Shown piece by piece: positions 19,984 through 30,031 of a DNA stretch of 64,000 nucleotides. Below the pieces are notes generated by a model that made no database searches, was not told the origin of the DNA, and saw only the letters and a list, made by a program, of their open reading frames with translations. The stretch lies in contig CAXXVO010000007.1 in NCBI GenBank assembly GCA_963422645.2, forward strand, positions 416,001 to 480,000, read 5' to 3'. The DNA comes from Alphaproteobacteria bacterium (GTDB taxonomy: Bacteria > Pseudomonadota > Alphaproteobacteria > UBA828). Position 1 is the first letter of the stretch. Each line of letters opens with the position of its first letter. The translations under genes and the position numbers were made by a program.

Positions 19984-21329
19984 TGTCGATGAAGGAACTC
20001 GGCGTCGTCGGCCGGAACGTCGGCCAGCGCGATCTCGAAAGCCACGCGCGCGGCCAGACCACCTATTACGAGGACGTCCATTACCCGCGCATGCTGCATC
20101 TCAAGATGCACCGGAGCGCGGAGCCCCACGCCCGCCTCGTGCGCGTAGACACCAGCGCGGCGGAGGCCAGTCCTGGCGTGGTCTGCGTCCTCACCCACGA
20201 AGACCTGCCCGGCAAGAAGGTGTGGAACGGCCTCGCCGCCGTCGGCGTTGGCCCTGAAGACGAGCCGATCCTCGCCTTCGACAAGGTGCGCTGGCGGGGC
20301 GAGCCGATCGTCGCCGTTTTGGGCGAGAGCGCCGAGGCCGCCCGCGTCGGCGCCGCCAAGGTGGAGGTCGAGTACGACCCGCTCCCCGGCGTGTTCGACG
20401 TGGAGGAAGCCATTTCCGGCGAGGCGCCGGTGCTGACCGCCCACTGGCCCAACAACCACTACATCTACCCCGACGACCACGCCGCCTCGCAGATCCGCTT
20501 TGGCGATGTCGATAAGGGCTTCGCCGAGGCCGACCACATCATCGAGGACCACTACCAGACCAGCCCCATCGAGCAGGCGCCGATGGAGACCAACGGCTGC
20601 ATCGCGAAGCCCGGCGGCGACGGGCGCATCACGGTGCACACCAACACGCAGGCCGTGCACTTCGCGCGCGACAACACCGCCGGCATCCTGGGGCTGGCGC
20701 CGGGCAAGCTGCGCTTCCTTGGCGGCACCGTGGGCGGCGGCTTCGGCGGCAAGGTGGACGTGGCGGTCGAGCCGATCTCGGTGCTGGCCGTCATGAGGAC
20801 CGGGCGGCCGGTCAAGTTCAAGTACACGCGGGAAGAGGAGATGCAGGTTTCCTCCACCCGATCCGCCTGGCGGCTTTTCATCAAGGATGGGGTGATGAAC
20901 GACGGGCGCATCGTCGCCCGCAAGATCACCTCCTATCAAGATTCCGGCGCCTACCTGCGCTTCAGCTCCTACGGCTCGATGAAGCACGCCGGCCACATGC
21001 CGGGGCCCTACACCATCCCCAACGTCTGGGTCGATGCGCGGGTGGTGTTCACCAACCGGCCGCCCTCGAGCGCGATGCGGGGCTTCGGCGTCATGGCCGC
21101 GTCCTTCGCCATCGAGTTGCAGATGGACAAGGTCGCCAAGACCATCGGCATGGACCCGTGGCAGCTCCGATTGCTCAACGCCTACCGCAACGGCGACATG
21201 CGGGCACACCGCAAGGTGAACGAGGACGCCGCGATGGTGGAGACCATCCAGGCAGCGGCCCGCCTTGCCGGCCAGGAGCTGCCGGCGGAGTACCAAGCGA
21301 TGACCTCCTGGGACAGAAAGGCAAGCTGA
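19983..21329 (+). CDS. Mo-hydroxylase molybdopterin subunit, N-terminal half (NdhL-like)
   Basis: Hammerhead a/b domain, QAPMET, GGGFGGK, GPYTIPN, AMRGFG; TAATG overlap with the upstream gene. Confidence 0.88.
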   Translation: MSMKELGVVGRNVGQRDLESHARGQTTYYEDVHYPRMLHLKMHRSAEPHARLVRVDTSAAEASPGVVCVLTHEDLPGKKVWNGLAAVGVGPEDEPILAFDKVRWRGEPIVAVLGESAEAARVGAAKVEVEYDPLPGVFDVEEAISGEAPVLTAHWPNNHYIYPDDHAASQIRFGDVDKGFAEADHIIEDHYQTSPIEQAPMETNGCIAKPGGDGRITVHTNTQAVHFARDNTAGILGLAPGKLRFLGGTVGGGFGGKVDVAVEPISVLAVMRTGRPVKFKYTREEEMQVSSTRSAWRLFIKDGVMNDGRIVARKITSYQDSGAYLRFSSYGSMKHAGHMPGPYTIPNVWVDARVVFTNRPPSSAMRGFGVMAASFAIELQMDKVAKTIGMDPWQLRLLNAYRNGDMRAHRKVNEDAAMVETIQAAARLAGQELPAEYQAMTSWDRKAS

Positions 21330-22372
21330 TGACCAAGCTAAGGGGCACCGGCTTCGCGGCCGTGAACTATCCGACCGGAATGCACCTCGGCGGCGATCCT
21401 ACCCAGTCGCTGATCCATATGACACCGGCGGGCGACATCGTCGTCACCATGGCGAGCGTCGATCTGGGGCAGGGGCTCAGGACCGTGCTCGCGCAAATCG
21501 CGGCGGAGACCCTGGGCGTCCCCTACGAGAGCATCGTGGTGGAGACCGCCGATACCGACACCGGCCCCCACTGCACCGGCACCTTCGCGAGCCGCACCAC
21601 GCATCGCGCCGGCAATGCGGTGGTGATGGCGGCGCAGGAGGCGCGCAAGGCGATGCTGGAGGTGGCGGGAGAGCTGCTGGAGGCGAGCCCGGACGATCTG
21701 GAGACCGACGGCGAGGGCAACATCCACATCAAGGGCGTGGCCGAGAAGTCGGTCTCGGTCGGCGAAGTCGCGGGCGCGGCTCACTTCGGCTACGGCAAGA
21801 CCATTGCCGGACGTGGCGCCTATCTCAAGCCGCCGAGCCCGATGGACCCGGAGACCGGAGAGTGCGACCCGGATTCGACCCAGGCCCACGCCTGCACGGT
21901 GGTCGAGGTCGAGGTCGATACCGAGACCGGGATGGTCGAGGTGCTCGACATGAAGAGCGTCTACGAGGTGGGCCAGCAGGTGAACCCCGACCTGGTGAAG
22001 GGCCAGATCGTCGGCGGCTCCTGGATGGGCATCGGCCACGCGCTCTACGAGACCACGGCGCCCGGCTACCCAGCTATCGACCCGGCGCCGGTCGATTTTC
22101 AGAACTACCTCCAACCCGGCGCGTCGGAGATGCCCGAGGTCACCTGCGAGGTGCTGGAGTATCCGGCGGAGAGCGGCCCCTACGGCGGCAAGGGCGTGGG
22201 CGAGATGGTGACGAATGGCCCGATCCCGGCCATCGTGAACGCCATCAACAACGCGCTCGACGTCCGCATCACCCAGATTCCGGTGACGCCCGAGGTCGTC
22301 CTCCGCGCCCTCGACGAGAAGAAGGCGCAAGTCGAAGGTTCAGACTTCCTGACCTCTGCTGATTTTAGGTGA
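21329..22372 (+). CDS. Mo-hydroxylase molybdopterin subunit, C-terminal half (NdhM-like); last ~10 codons come from the inserted IS
   Basis: DLGQG, GTFASR, GQIVGG, GKGVGE (catalytic Glu); TGATG overlap. Confidence 0.87.
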   Translation: MTKLRGTGFAAVNYPTGMHLGGDPTQSLIHMTPAGDIVVTMASVDLGQGLRTVLAQIAAETLGVPYESIVVETADTDTGPHCTGTFASRTTHRAGNAVVMAAQEARKAMLEVAGELLEASPDDLETDGEGNIHIKGVAEKSVSVGEVAGAAHFGYGKTIAGRGAYLKPPSPMDPETGECDPDSTQAHACTVVEVEVDTETGMVEVLDMKSVYEVGQQVNPDLVKGQIVGGSWMGIGHALYETTAPGYPAIDPAPVDFQNYLQPGASEMPEVTCEVLEYPAESGPYGGKGVGEMVTNGPIPAIVNAINNALDVRITQIPVTPEVVLRALDEKKAQVEGSDFLTSADFR

Positions 22373-24857
22373 CACGAGCCGCGCGGATTCCGAGGCCCCG
22401 TCGATGTCGTAGACTATGCGCAGACGGGTGCCGGGGAAGACCGTTTCGGTGGCGTTCAGGTCGCTCAGAACCGCATCGATCCAACGGTCGCAGGCGTCGT
22501 TTGCGAGGCCAAGAATGTGGACCCGCAGGAGGCCATTGCCAGGATCCGGCAGGATGTCGGCATCGGCGGTGAGCAGCGCTTGAAGCAGTTTCCGGGGATG
22601 GGGCTTGTGGCCCTGCGCCTGCATGACGGGAAGCATCATGCGGGTTTCGGCGCGGTAGGCGATCATCCGGATGACGTCGAGGAGGAGGCGCTCGCGCGCG
22701 GGCAAGGCATCGAGCTGCTCGGCTTCGTCGAGGTCGCCGGCCCGGCAGTGCTTGGGCGTCTCCCTGCGGCTGGCCCTGACGATGTCGCGGACATCCTGGA
22801 GGTCCCTGACTTCCCTCCTGAGTTCCGCCGTCGGCTGCTTCTTCCGGGCCGTGTCGGCGATGCGGTTGCGCAGGCGGCCAAGCTGGCGGTCGAGGCGATG
22901 GATTGCCTTGTCATAGGCCCGCCGCAGCGGGTTGACGACCATGGCGGCGGGATCGAGAGGCTCGAGCTCGTGGGTCGGCAGGGCGTCGAGATTGAACTCG
23001 TCACGCATGTACTTGAAGAAGTTCTCCTGCGACCAGCGCGAGAACATGGCGCCCGCAACCTCAGCCATCGGCTTGTGCGGATCGGTGGTGATCAGCGGCA
23101 CCTGACGGCCGTTGTCGAGCAGGCGGCGGATCTGGCGCACCCTGAAGCCGTTCGGCAACGTCACCGGCTTCTCAGCCAGCCGCATGGTGGCGCTGCCGTC
23201 CGCCGCCGGTCCGTGAATGGGAACGGTCATCGCGCCGAAGTCCTCGGCCGGCCAGTCCTCGCCCCTGAAGTTCTTGTGCCAGGTCAGGCAGGCGACGCCG
23301 CGCCTCGCCAGCCGGCGGAACAGATCCGGGCTCCAGCCCTCGCGGTCGAAGACCAGGGTGAGCGCCGGCTGGCCGGGATGCTCGGCGGTCAGGTCCGGCG
23401 CCCCGGCGCCAACGATCCCAAGCTCCTGCAGCGCCGGCACCACGTCGGCTTCGATGGCCGCGACCATCTTCGGGTCCAGCGGCTTGTGCAGACAGAGCAG
23501 CGGCTTGCCGCCCAGAGCGTTGATCCAGTAGCTGGCGCTCGCCGGCAGGCACAGCTTCTCGCGCGAGACGAAGTGCTTGGGCAAGCGCCCCTTGCGGCCG
23601 GAGTAGACCTTGACGTGCCCGTCGATGGCCAGCGTCGCCCAGAGCTCCGGCTCGTCGGCGCCTGCCAGCGCCTGGCAAGGGCGAGCTGCCACGCCCGCAC
23701 GCCGGCCTCGTCGTCGGCGATGAGAGCGATCTTGCGGCGCAGCGTCTTGACCTCGGGGCAGCGATCGAGGCCGAGAATGGCGCCCCATTCGCCCGGCGCC
23801 TGGTAGCGCAGGCTCTCGGGGTTGCGCACCCGCGCCAAGGTCATGAAGGCCAGGAAGAGCAGGATCGTAGGCAAGCCGTAATAGCCCTTCGGCAGCAATG
23901 GCAGGAGACCGGTCTCGGAGAGAAGACCTTCCTTCAGCAGGGCCGGCAGGGCGGCGAGCACGCCGCCGAAGCGGACACCGCGGGCGGCGGCGGCGAACTG
24001 CGGTTCGACCGGCCCCGCCTGTCCACAACTGGCCAGAACCCGAGCCGGAACATCGCAAGTCGCACGCCCCATCGGCGCCTGCCGGTCCCGCCGATCGCGC
24101 GCGCTGCGATCCGTTTGCGGCTGCGCTTCCAGCCCCGGCGCCGTCTCCGGCCCCGGGGCACCGGTACTCTCTTCATCGACACGGCCTTCAGGAGCCGCAC
24201 CCGCGTCAGGCGGCGCAGCCAGCGCTGAGCGTCCGGGCTCCCCATCCGCCTCCGTGTTGCCGATCAGTCCCTGACGGCGCCACTTGTTGACCGATGGCGC
24301 TGACACGCCGAGAACCCGGGCCGCCGCAGAGCCGCTCAGGCCCGATGCCAGCAACGCCGTCGCCTTCTCCGCCAACTCCGGAGTGAACACCGACGGCCCG
24401 CGACCGCGCCGGGGCTTCATGAACCCCGCTTCGCCCTCGGCCAGGTAGCGCCGTCGTGCGCGCTGCACCGTCGCGCGCGAGACAGCGAAAGCGTCAGCCA
24501 GTTCCTGCGGCGAGACCGCGCTGATCGCCGCGAGGCGGCCGATCCGCAAGAGCATGGCCGTGCGGTCATCGGCGGCGTGGCTGTCAAAGGGAATGAGGTT
24601 GGAAAAGTAGGTGAAGGTGTCGTCCGAGATCAGGACGGCGAAGCAGCTGTTGCCGATCGAGACCGCCTCTGGAGGGCACATTGGGAGGGTACTGGGCATG
24701 GTTGAGACCCCGTGCAATTGGTATCAAATTATACTATCAGACCTCGGGCGCGACACCCAGCGAAAAACCGCCTGAAACAACCGAAATGTATCAGAATTCA
24801 AGGAGTTCCCGGCACGCTGCCCAGAACAGCCAGCATCACGAGGTCAGGAAGTCTGAA
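22339..24857 (-). mobile_element. Unclassified IS with 18-bp terminal inverted repeats
   Basis: TTCAGACTTCCTGACCTC (22339-22356) and GAGGTCAGGAAGTCTGAA (24840-24857) are perfect inverted repeats enclosing one transposase. Confidence 0.85.
22340..24717 (-). pseudogene. Large putative DDE transposase, frameshifted near 23660
   Basis: Two N-terminal HTHs, then IDGHVKVY, VFDREG and RWSQENFFKY in the second frame; the stop lies inside the IR. Confidence 0.75.
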
Positions 24858-25199
24858 TCTATGGTCGAACCGAAAGTCGGAATTCCGGAAATGAGTGAAA
24901 CACTGACGAGGCTGAAATCAGCGTTCGACCTTGGCCTTTCCCGGTATGCACCTTCTATGAATCGCCCGTTGTCGTGGCCGGAAATTTTCTTTGTTCCCGC
25001 TCCGGGGGACGGCAATATATGACGATTTTCTGGCAGAATGGGCGGTCAACTCCCCTTAGTCGAAATGACCACTCTTGCCGCCGCTAGGCGTCGGGACGAT
25101 CTACAATGATGGTATCGATCAGCTGAGAAATTGGCTCTGTTGGCATACAGAAAAGCCCTTTGCCGTTCATCGCGTCAGCCTAGGCATTGCCGATATAGC

Positions 25200-25300
25200 G
25201 TTTGCCAGCTTTCCCCTCAGAAGATGACCGCCCTTGTACTCGACGACGAGAATGCGGCCATCTCTCTGCCGTGCGCGGGATGGCGGGTGTCGGCATCCCG
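25200..25300 (-). pseudogene. Possible remnant of a type III restriction (Res) nuclease C-terminus
   Basis: DGRILVVEYKGGHL resembles the (D/E)xK motif at the end of type III Res-like proteins. Very short. Confidence 0.35.
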
Positions 25301-25319
25301 GTTGGGGTCTTCGGCCGGA

Positions 25320-25596
25320 ATCGGCGAGGTTCGAGGAACGAGGGGAAGTGGGAGCTCTTCCTGAGCTTCGGGATGCGAAGTTCGACGGTCCCCGCGCGGG
25401 TCTGCCGGTCCCGGTCGCGATAGCTGTCGCGCCGAGCCTGACGCAGCGGGTTCTTCTCGCCATAACCGGCGCCGGTAGCCGCGCCCACCTCCAGCTCCAT
25501 CAGCCGCTCGGCGGCAAACCCGATCATCTCTCGCAGCAGGTCCGCGTCCGGGGTCTTCTCCACGAACGTGCGCAGGCTCATCACATCTTCGGTCAC
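25320..25596 (-). pseudogene. IS256-family transposase N-terminal fragment
   Basis: DADLLREMIGFAAERLMELEV...YRDRD..TRAGTVELRIPKLRK..FPSFLEPRR, then homology is lost. Confidence 0.85.
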
Positions 25597-26055
25597 CGGT
25601 GTTCTCTCCGGTCAAAGTTTGGTCTCGCAACCAGATCCTACCGGAGACCGCCGATGACCAACCCGCTCTCCAGGTACACGATCGCGCCTCTGACGCGACC
25701 CTATATTTCAAGATGCCGGCGATCCACCGTCTTTTCTGGGCACATAGGACGAACCGAACCCATCGCGCGCGGACCGGCGAAGGCCTCACTCGGAAAGCCG
25801 CGCGTCGCTCCCCGGAAACCGGTCTCCGATTAGGGATCGGGGGTGGTAAGTTCGTGGACGGTGGCAGGCTGGAAGCATTCGCATGCCGACATGCCGTCGT
25901 GGATCTGGCAGTTTCCAGGAGGGCAATTGCCGCATCTTCGCGTTGACCTCCAGGAGCGGGAGGGACATAATGTACTTCATTTGTTCTCCAGAATCCAGAT
26001 TGGGATTTCCCCGGAAGATAGCAGCAGGGGCTGCCCAAACGGATGGGCCCTTTGG

Positions 26056-26084
26056 TTGACCGACAATGTCGCTTATAACATGAT
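26056..26084 (+). promoter_or_regulatory. Putative sigma70 promoter with palindromic operator
   Basis: TTGACC-N17-CATGAT; palindrome CGACA-A-TGTCG (26061-26071) lies in the spacer; GGAGG RBS at 26095 before the HTH gene. Confidence 0.5.
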
Positions 26085-26107
26085 GGGCGAAATTGGAGGC
26101 AGTGGCG

Positions 26108-26323
26108 ATGAAGAATGTCGATTTTGCCTCGCTCGTGAGGCTCGTGCGCGAGACTCGGGGGCAAACACAGGAAGAGCTCGCTCATGAGCTTGATGTCACG
26201 GTTGGTACGATGAATGGCTGGGAGAATGGAAGGCACCGCCCTGTCAGAGCCCAGCGTCGCCGACTGATCGCACTAGCTGAAGGGATGGGGCTCGCCGTCC
26301 CTGAGGCGGATCGTGACTCCTAG
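26108..26323 (+). CDS. XRE/Cro-type HTH regulator (controller-like)
   Basis: TQEELAHELDVTVGTMNGWENGRHRP HTH_3 signature. Confidence 0.88.
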   Translation: MKNVDFASLVRLVRETRGQTQEELAHELDVTVGTMNGWENGRHRPVRAQRRRLIALAEGMGLAVPEADRDS

Positions 26324-26388
26324 GCTAGGGGAGATGGGCCGGATGGTCGGGAGCGGGGTGTTGCTCTCAAAGACTGAGTCTTTCCAAA

Positions 26389-27768
26389 ATGGACGCGATT
26401 TCGCGGAGTGGGCCAGGGAGGCTGCCTGTGCGTCGCGATGATTCCCTAGTGGACATACATCTCCCCGTTGCGGAGGTCGCACCCACTTTCATCGATGTGT
26501 TTGCAGGGTGTGGTGGTCTCACACTCGGGCTCATGCGCGCCGGCTGGCGCGGGATTTTTGCCATAGAGAAGGATACCTTCGCGTTTGCCACGCTCGAAGC
26601 GAACTTCCTCCAGGCAACTGCACGTCATCAATTCGAATGGCCCGAATGGTTGCCGAAGAAGACCTGTGATATACGCGTGCTGCTTGAGACGCACGCTGAT
26701 GAACTAAGGAATCTGCGAGGTTCTGTAGATCTCTTGGCCGGAGGTCCACCGTGTCAAGGTTTTTCATCTGCTGGGCGCCGAAAGCCCCATGATCCCCGAA
26801 ACCAACTTTTCCGCGATTATGTCGCCCTCGTTGAACTCGTTCAGCCGCGACTGATCCTCCTCGAGAACGTAGAGGGTATCACATTCGCCTTCGGCGAGGA
26901 AGTAGTTCATGGAAGGATTACGAGACCAGGTTTGTGTGATAAACGCGAATCATACGCAGACTCTATTATAAGAACACTTGCGGCGAAGTATCACGTTTTC
27001 AGCTCAATTATCCGGTGCTCTGATTATGGAATTCCACAGAGCCGCCCAAGATTCATTCTTATAGGATACTCGAAAGAATGCTTCGATGAGGCAGATGTAG
27101 CCCAGCCGTTCGAACAAATCGAGTCGTGTCGTGCAGGTTTCCTTGCAGCGAGGGGATTAAAGTGTCGTACGACGGCAAAGCAAGCGCTTTCGGACTTGGC
27201 AATCAGACGAAATGGCCTCATAGATGGCGACGGGACGCCGCGCTTCAAGTCAATCGGTTATAGAGGACCGCTGTCTGCCTATCAAAAAGCAATGCGTGAT
27301 GGGTATACCGGAATACCGTCTGACACGCGCCTAGCGCGTCATCAACCGAACATTGTACGACGCTTTGCGCGCATCATTGCCGCAATGAAGAAGCGAAACC
27401 GGCTCGGCATCCAACTAAACGCAGAGCAACGGAAGGAATTCGGCGTGGCAAAGTCAACGCTGCGTGTGTTGAACCCGGAAGCTCCAGCACCAACGATCAC
27501 AAGTTTGCCCGACGACCTTCTTCACTATGAGGAACCTCGGACACTAACTGTCCGGGAGAATGCGCGTCTACAGACCTTCCCTGACTGGTTCGTGTTCAAG
27601 GGAAAGTACACGACGGGCGGCAACTTGCGCGCGCGCGAGGTGCCGAGATTTACGCAAGTGGCAAACGCTGTACCACCATTGCTAGCCGAGCTGTTAGGAA
27701 CGATACTCAGTAGAGCGATCACTCCGTGCAAGGATCGGGCCAAGGCGCAAAGAAGCGAGGCAGCGTAA
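26389..27768 (+). CDS. DNA (cytosine-5) methyltransferase
   Basis: Motif I FAGCGG, IV GGPPCQGFS, VI ENV, VIII PQSRPR, IX RLQTFPD, X QVANAVPP. Start codon uncertain. Confidence 0.96.
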   Translation: MDAISRSGPGRLPVRRDDSLVDIHLPVAEVAPTFIDVFAGCGGLTLGLMRAGWRGIFAIEKDTFAFATLEANFLQATARHQFEWPEWLPKKTCDIRVLLETHADELRNLRGSVDLLAGGPPCQGFSSAGRRKPHDPRNQLFRDYVALVELVQPRLILLENVEGITFAFGEEVVHGRITRPGLCDKRESYADSIIRTLAAKYHVFSSIIRCSDYGIPQSRPRFILIGYSKECFDEADVAQPFEQIESCRAGFLAARGLKCRTTAKQALSDLAIRRNGLIDGDGTPRFKSIGYRGPLSAYQKAMRDGYTGIPSDTRLARHQPNIVRRFARIIAAMKKRNRLGIQLNAEQRKEFGVAKSTLRVLNPEAPAPTITSLPDDLLHYEEPRTLTVRENARLQTFPDWFVFKGKYTTGGNLRAREVPRFTQVANAVPPLLAELLGTILSRAITPCKDRAKAQRSEAA

Positions 27769-27769
27769 C

Positions 27770-30031
27770 GTGGCCTACTATACTAACCCGATAATAGATT
27801 ATTTGCTTCGGCACTCTTATGGACAGGGCGGTACGGTGGCGGTACCGACTCGGGAAGCTGCCACGCCTGTGGCATCATCGGTACGCGTGAAGGGCGGGTT
27901 ACCAGCAGGTGTTCAGGACGTGCTCAATCGGCTCGTTGACGTCTACGCGGCGTGGACACCGTCCGCGAATAGCGTGCCGCTAGAGTGGTGTTTCCTGGTC
28001 GGAGGTCCCGGAAACGGAAAGTCCGAGGCGTTGCGCGAGCTTGCAGGTGCCTTGCAGGTCGAGCTGCCACTGCGAGTTGGTGGTGAGCCCGCGCCGAGGA
28101 CCGTCCCCCAAAGTTGGCCAAGCCAAGGCGCATTCGTTGTTCCAGGGCTGGAGATCGCGTTCGTCAACGACGCATCGGTTCCGCGGCAGGATGCGTATGG
28201 TAATCGCCGCACCGGATCACTGTTTCTCGATCTCCGCGATGGGGTTCGCCAACTGCTCAGAGACGGCCCTGCGGTCGTGATGTTCGCTAATGTAAACCGC
28301 GGGATCCTCGTCGAAGAGCGTAGGGCTCTTGATAATCCAAGGACAGAGGAGCCGCCAACAGCGGCGGCGGCCGCAATCATTCAATGGCTCGCAGATCCGC
28401 GCTCACATCAGGGTGGCTCGCGCATTGGAGTGCAGGTGACCGTTCCTGTAACCTCGACCTCCCCATACTACGGGCAGCTAACGGTCAAACTGACGGATCA
28501 TGGAGCTCCGCACGACATTGTCGTGCACGCGGTTTTTCTCGACACGCTCTCACTGCTTGAACCAACTCCCGGGCGTGATAGTCGTGAATCAATAGATTTC
28601 TCTACGCTCCCCCCGAAGTCCGCGCACTACGAGCCACTTGGCGGCCTGGCCGAAGGCCCGTTGTCGAGATCGTGTACAATCGCAGGTGACGTAACAGGCC
28701 AAGTCGCGGACAAGGCGCACTGGGAAGTCGGAGGGTGTCGCGCCGAGGGAACCGCGTCAATTTGTGAAGCGCACGCGTCCTGTCCGTTCGCGCAGAACGC
28801 TCGCTGGCTCCATGATCGGCAGCTACGCGAGCGGTTTCTCGATACACTCAGGGCAGCGGAACTGGCCGGTGGGCGCCGATTGACGTACCGAGACCTGCTC
28901 GGGCACCTCGGACTGGCTGTTATTGGTACACCGGAGCGTAGTTGGCTCACGGACGAGCACCCTTGTCGATGGGTTGAGCGCACGGTTCGCGAGGCGCGCG
29001 ACGGGAATGCACAGAGCTTGGCGGAACTCGCGAGCCACCGAATCTACGCGAACCTTTTCCCCGTCACGGACACTGCTGCCTGGCCAAGAAGAAGGGCACT
29101 GGCAGAGCCGCGCGCATATCGCGTGGTCGCGTCGACTATGCGGGCCGTTCATGACGCACCTCGTGTACGAGCATTTGAGCAAGCATTTAACTTAATTGAT
29201 CCGGCACGAGACACGGATTCATGGGGTGGATTGCGAGCGACGATCTTGGACATGGTGGAAGCCATGAATGTGTCGCCACCTGCTTCGGAAATCAGGACCA
29301 TCGATGGTTGGAACGATGAAGCGAGCTGTGAAATCGAACGGCAACTCGATGCGGTGGTTGCAGGAGAGATAATGGGAGAGTTCGGGCGCGGCCGCGAAGC
29401 ATTGGCGCGCGCGCAGCTGCTCCGTAAATGGCGAGCAGTGTTGCTACTGCGTCAGGCTGGCCTCGCCCTTGGATGGCTGCCCTACAAGGGCGTCATACAG
29501 AGCTGGCTGGCCGAGCATCAAGCGGCGTTGGGAAAGAGGGCACCTGGCGCGCTCCGTCGCGGTCTAAATTTCCTTGTCTTTCCCGGAGGGGACGAGCTGA
29601 ATCTTGCACCGTTTCGCCCCCGCACCATGGAGCTTGGCAGCGTCTTGCCTTCGAGCTGTGTGGTGGTTTCGCTTCTTGAGCGAGACATTCGACTTGAAAT
29701 TGTAGCCGACGGCGACACGCTGTCAGCAGAACTGCGATTGACGACTGCCCAAGGGGGTGCTGCAGAAGTGGTTACCCGGCTCCCGATCGATCTGCGGGTA
29801 GCTCGCGAGGCACTGCTCAACGTCGACGGCCCGTCCGGGTCATTCACGGAGATCGGTGAGGCAGCATTTGCGCGAATTGAACGGGCGCGTGCTGTGCTTG
29901 TCAGCGAGCGCTATTTAGCTAGCGCGAGACTGCTGTTCTCAGACACTGCGGGGCAGGAGTGGGAGATCACGCCTCAGACGATGGGTTCGTCTGAGTTTCG
30001 AATCCGACGAGATATCGGCGGATTGCGATGA
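27770..30031 (+). CDS. P-loop NTPase, DndF/DptF-like
   Basis: LVGGPGNGKS (Walker A), FVNDAS, ANVNRGIL, CPFAQN, TYRDLL, IDP. Motif order recalls DptF; this is from memory, not alignment. Confidence 0.55.
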   Translation: MAYYTNPIIDYLLRHSYGQGGTVAVPTREAATPVASSVRVKGGLPAGVQDVLNRLVDVYAAWTPSANSVPLEWCFLVGGPGNGKSEALRELAGALQVELPLRVGGEPAPRTVPQSWPSQGAFVVPGLEIAFVNDASVPRQDAYGNRRTGSLFLDLRDGVRQLLRDGPAVVMFANVNRGILVEERRALDNPRTEEPPTAAAAAIIQWLADPRSHQGGSRIGVQVTVPVTSTSPYYGQLTVKLTDHGAPHDIVVHAVFLDTLSLLEPTPGRDSRESIDFSTLPPKSAHYEPLGGLAEGPLSRSCTIAGDVTGQVADKAHWEVGGCRAEGTASICEAHASCPFAQNARWLHDRQLRERFLDTLRAAELAGGRRLTYRDLLGHLGLAVIGTPERSWLTDEHPCRWVERTVREARDGNAQSLAELASHRIYANLFPVTDTAAWPRRRALAEPRAYRVVASTMRAVHDAPRVRAFEQAFNLIDPARDTDSWGGLRATILDMVEAMNVSPPASEIRTIDGWNDEASCEIERQLDAVVAGEIMGEFGRGREALARAQLLRKWRAVLLLRQAGLALGWLPYKGVIQSWLAEHQAALGKRAPGALRRGLNFLVFPGGDELNLAPFRPRTMELGSVLPSSCVVVSLLERDIRLEIVADGDTLSAELRLTTAQGGAAEVVTRLPIDLRVAREALLNVDGPSGSFTEIGEAAFARIERARAVLVSERYLASARLLFSDTAGQEWEITPQTMGSSEFRIRRDIGGLR

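Noticed and set aside
18654-22372. Aerobic CO dehydrogenase (coxMSL)
   Set aside because: The active-site loop is AMRGFG, not AYxCSFR or AYRGAGR, and the large subunit is split.
24863-24930. Hammerhead ribozyme
   Set aside because: CTGACGA and GAAA are present, but stems I/III and the UH cleavage site cannot be arranged in any permutation I tried.
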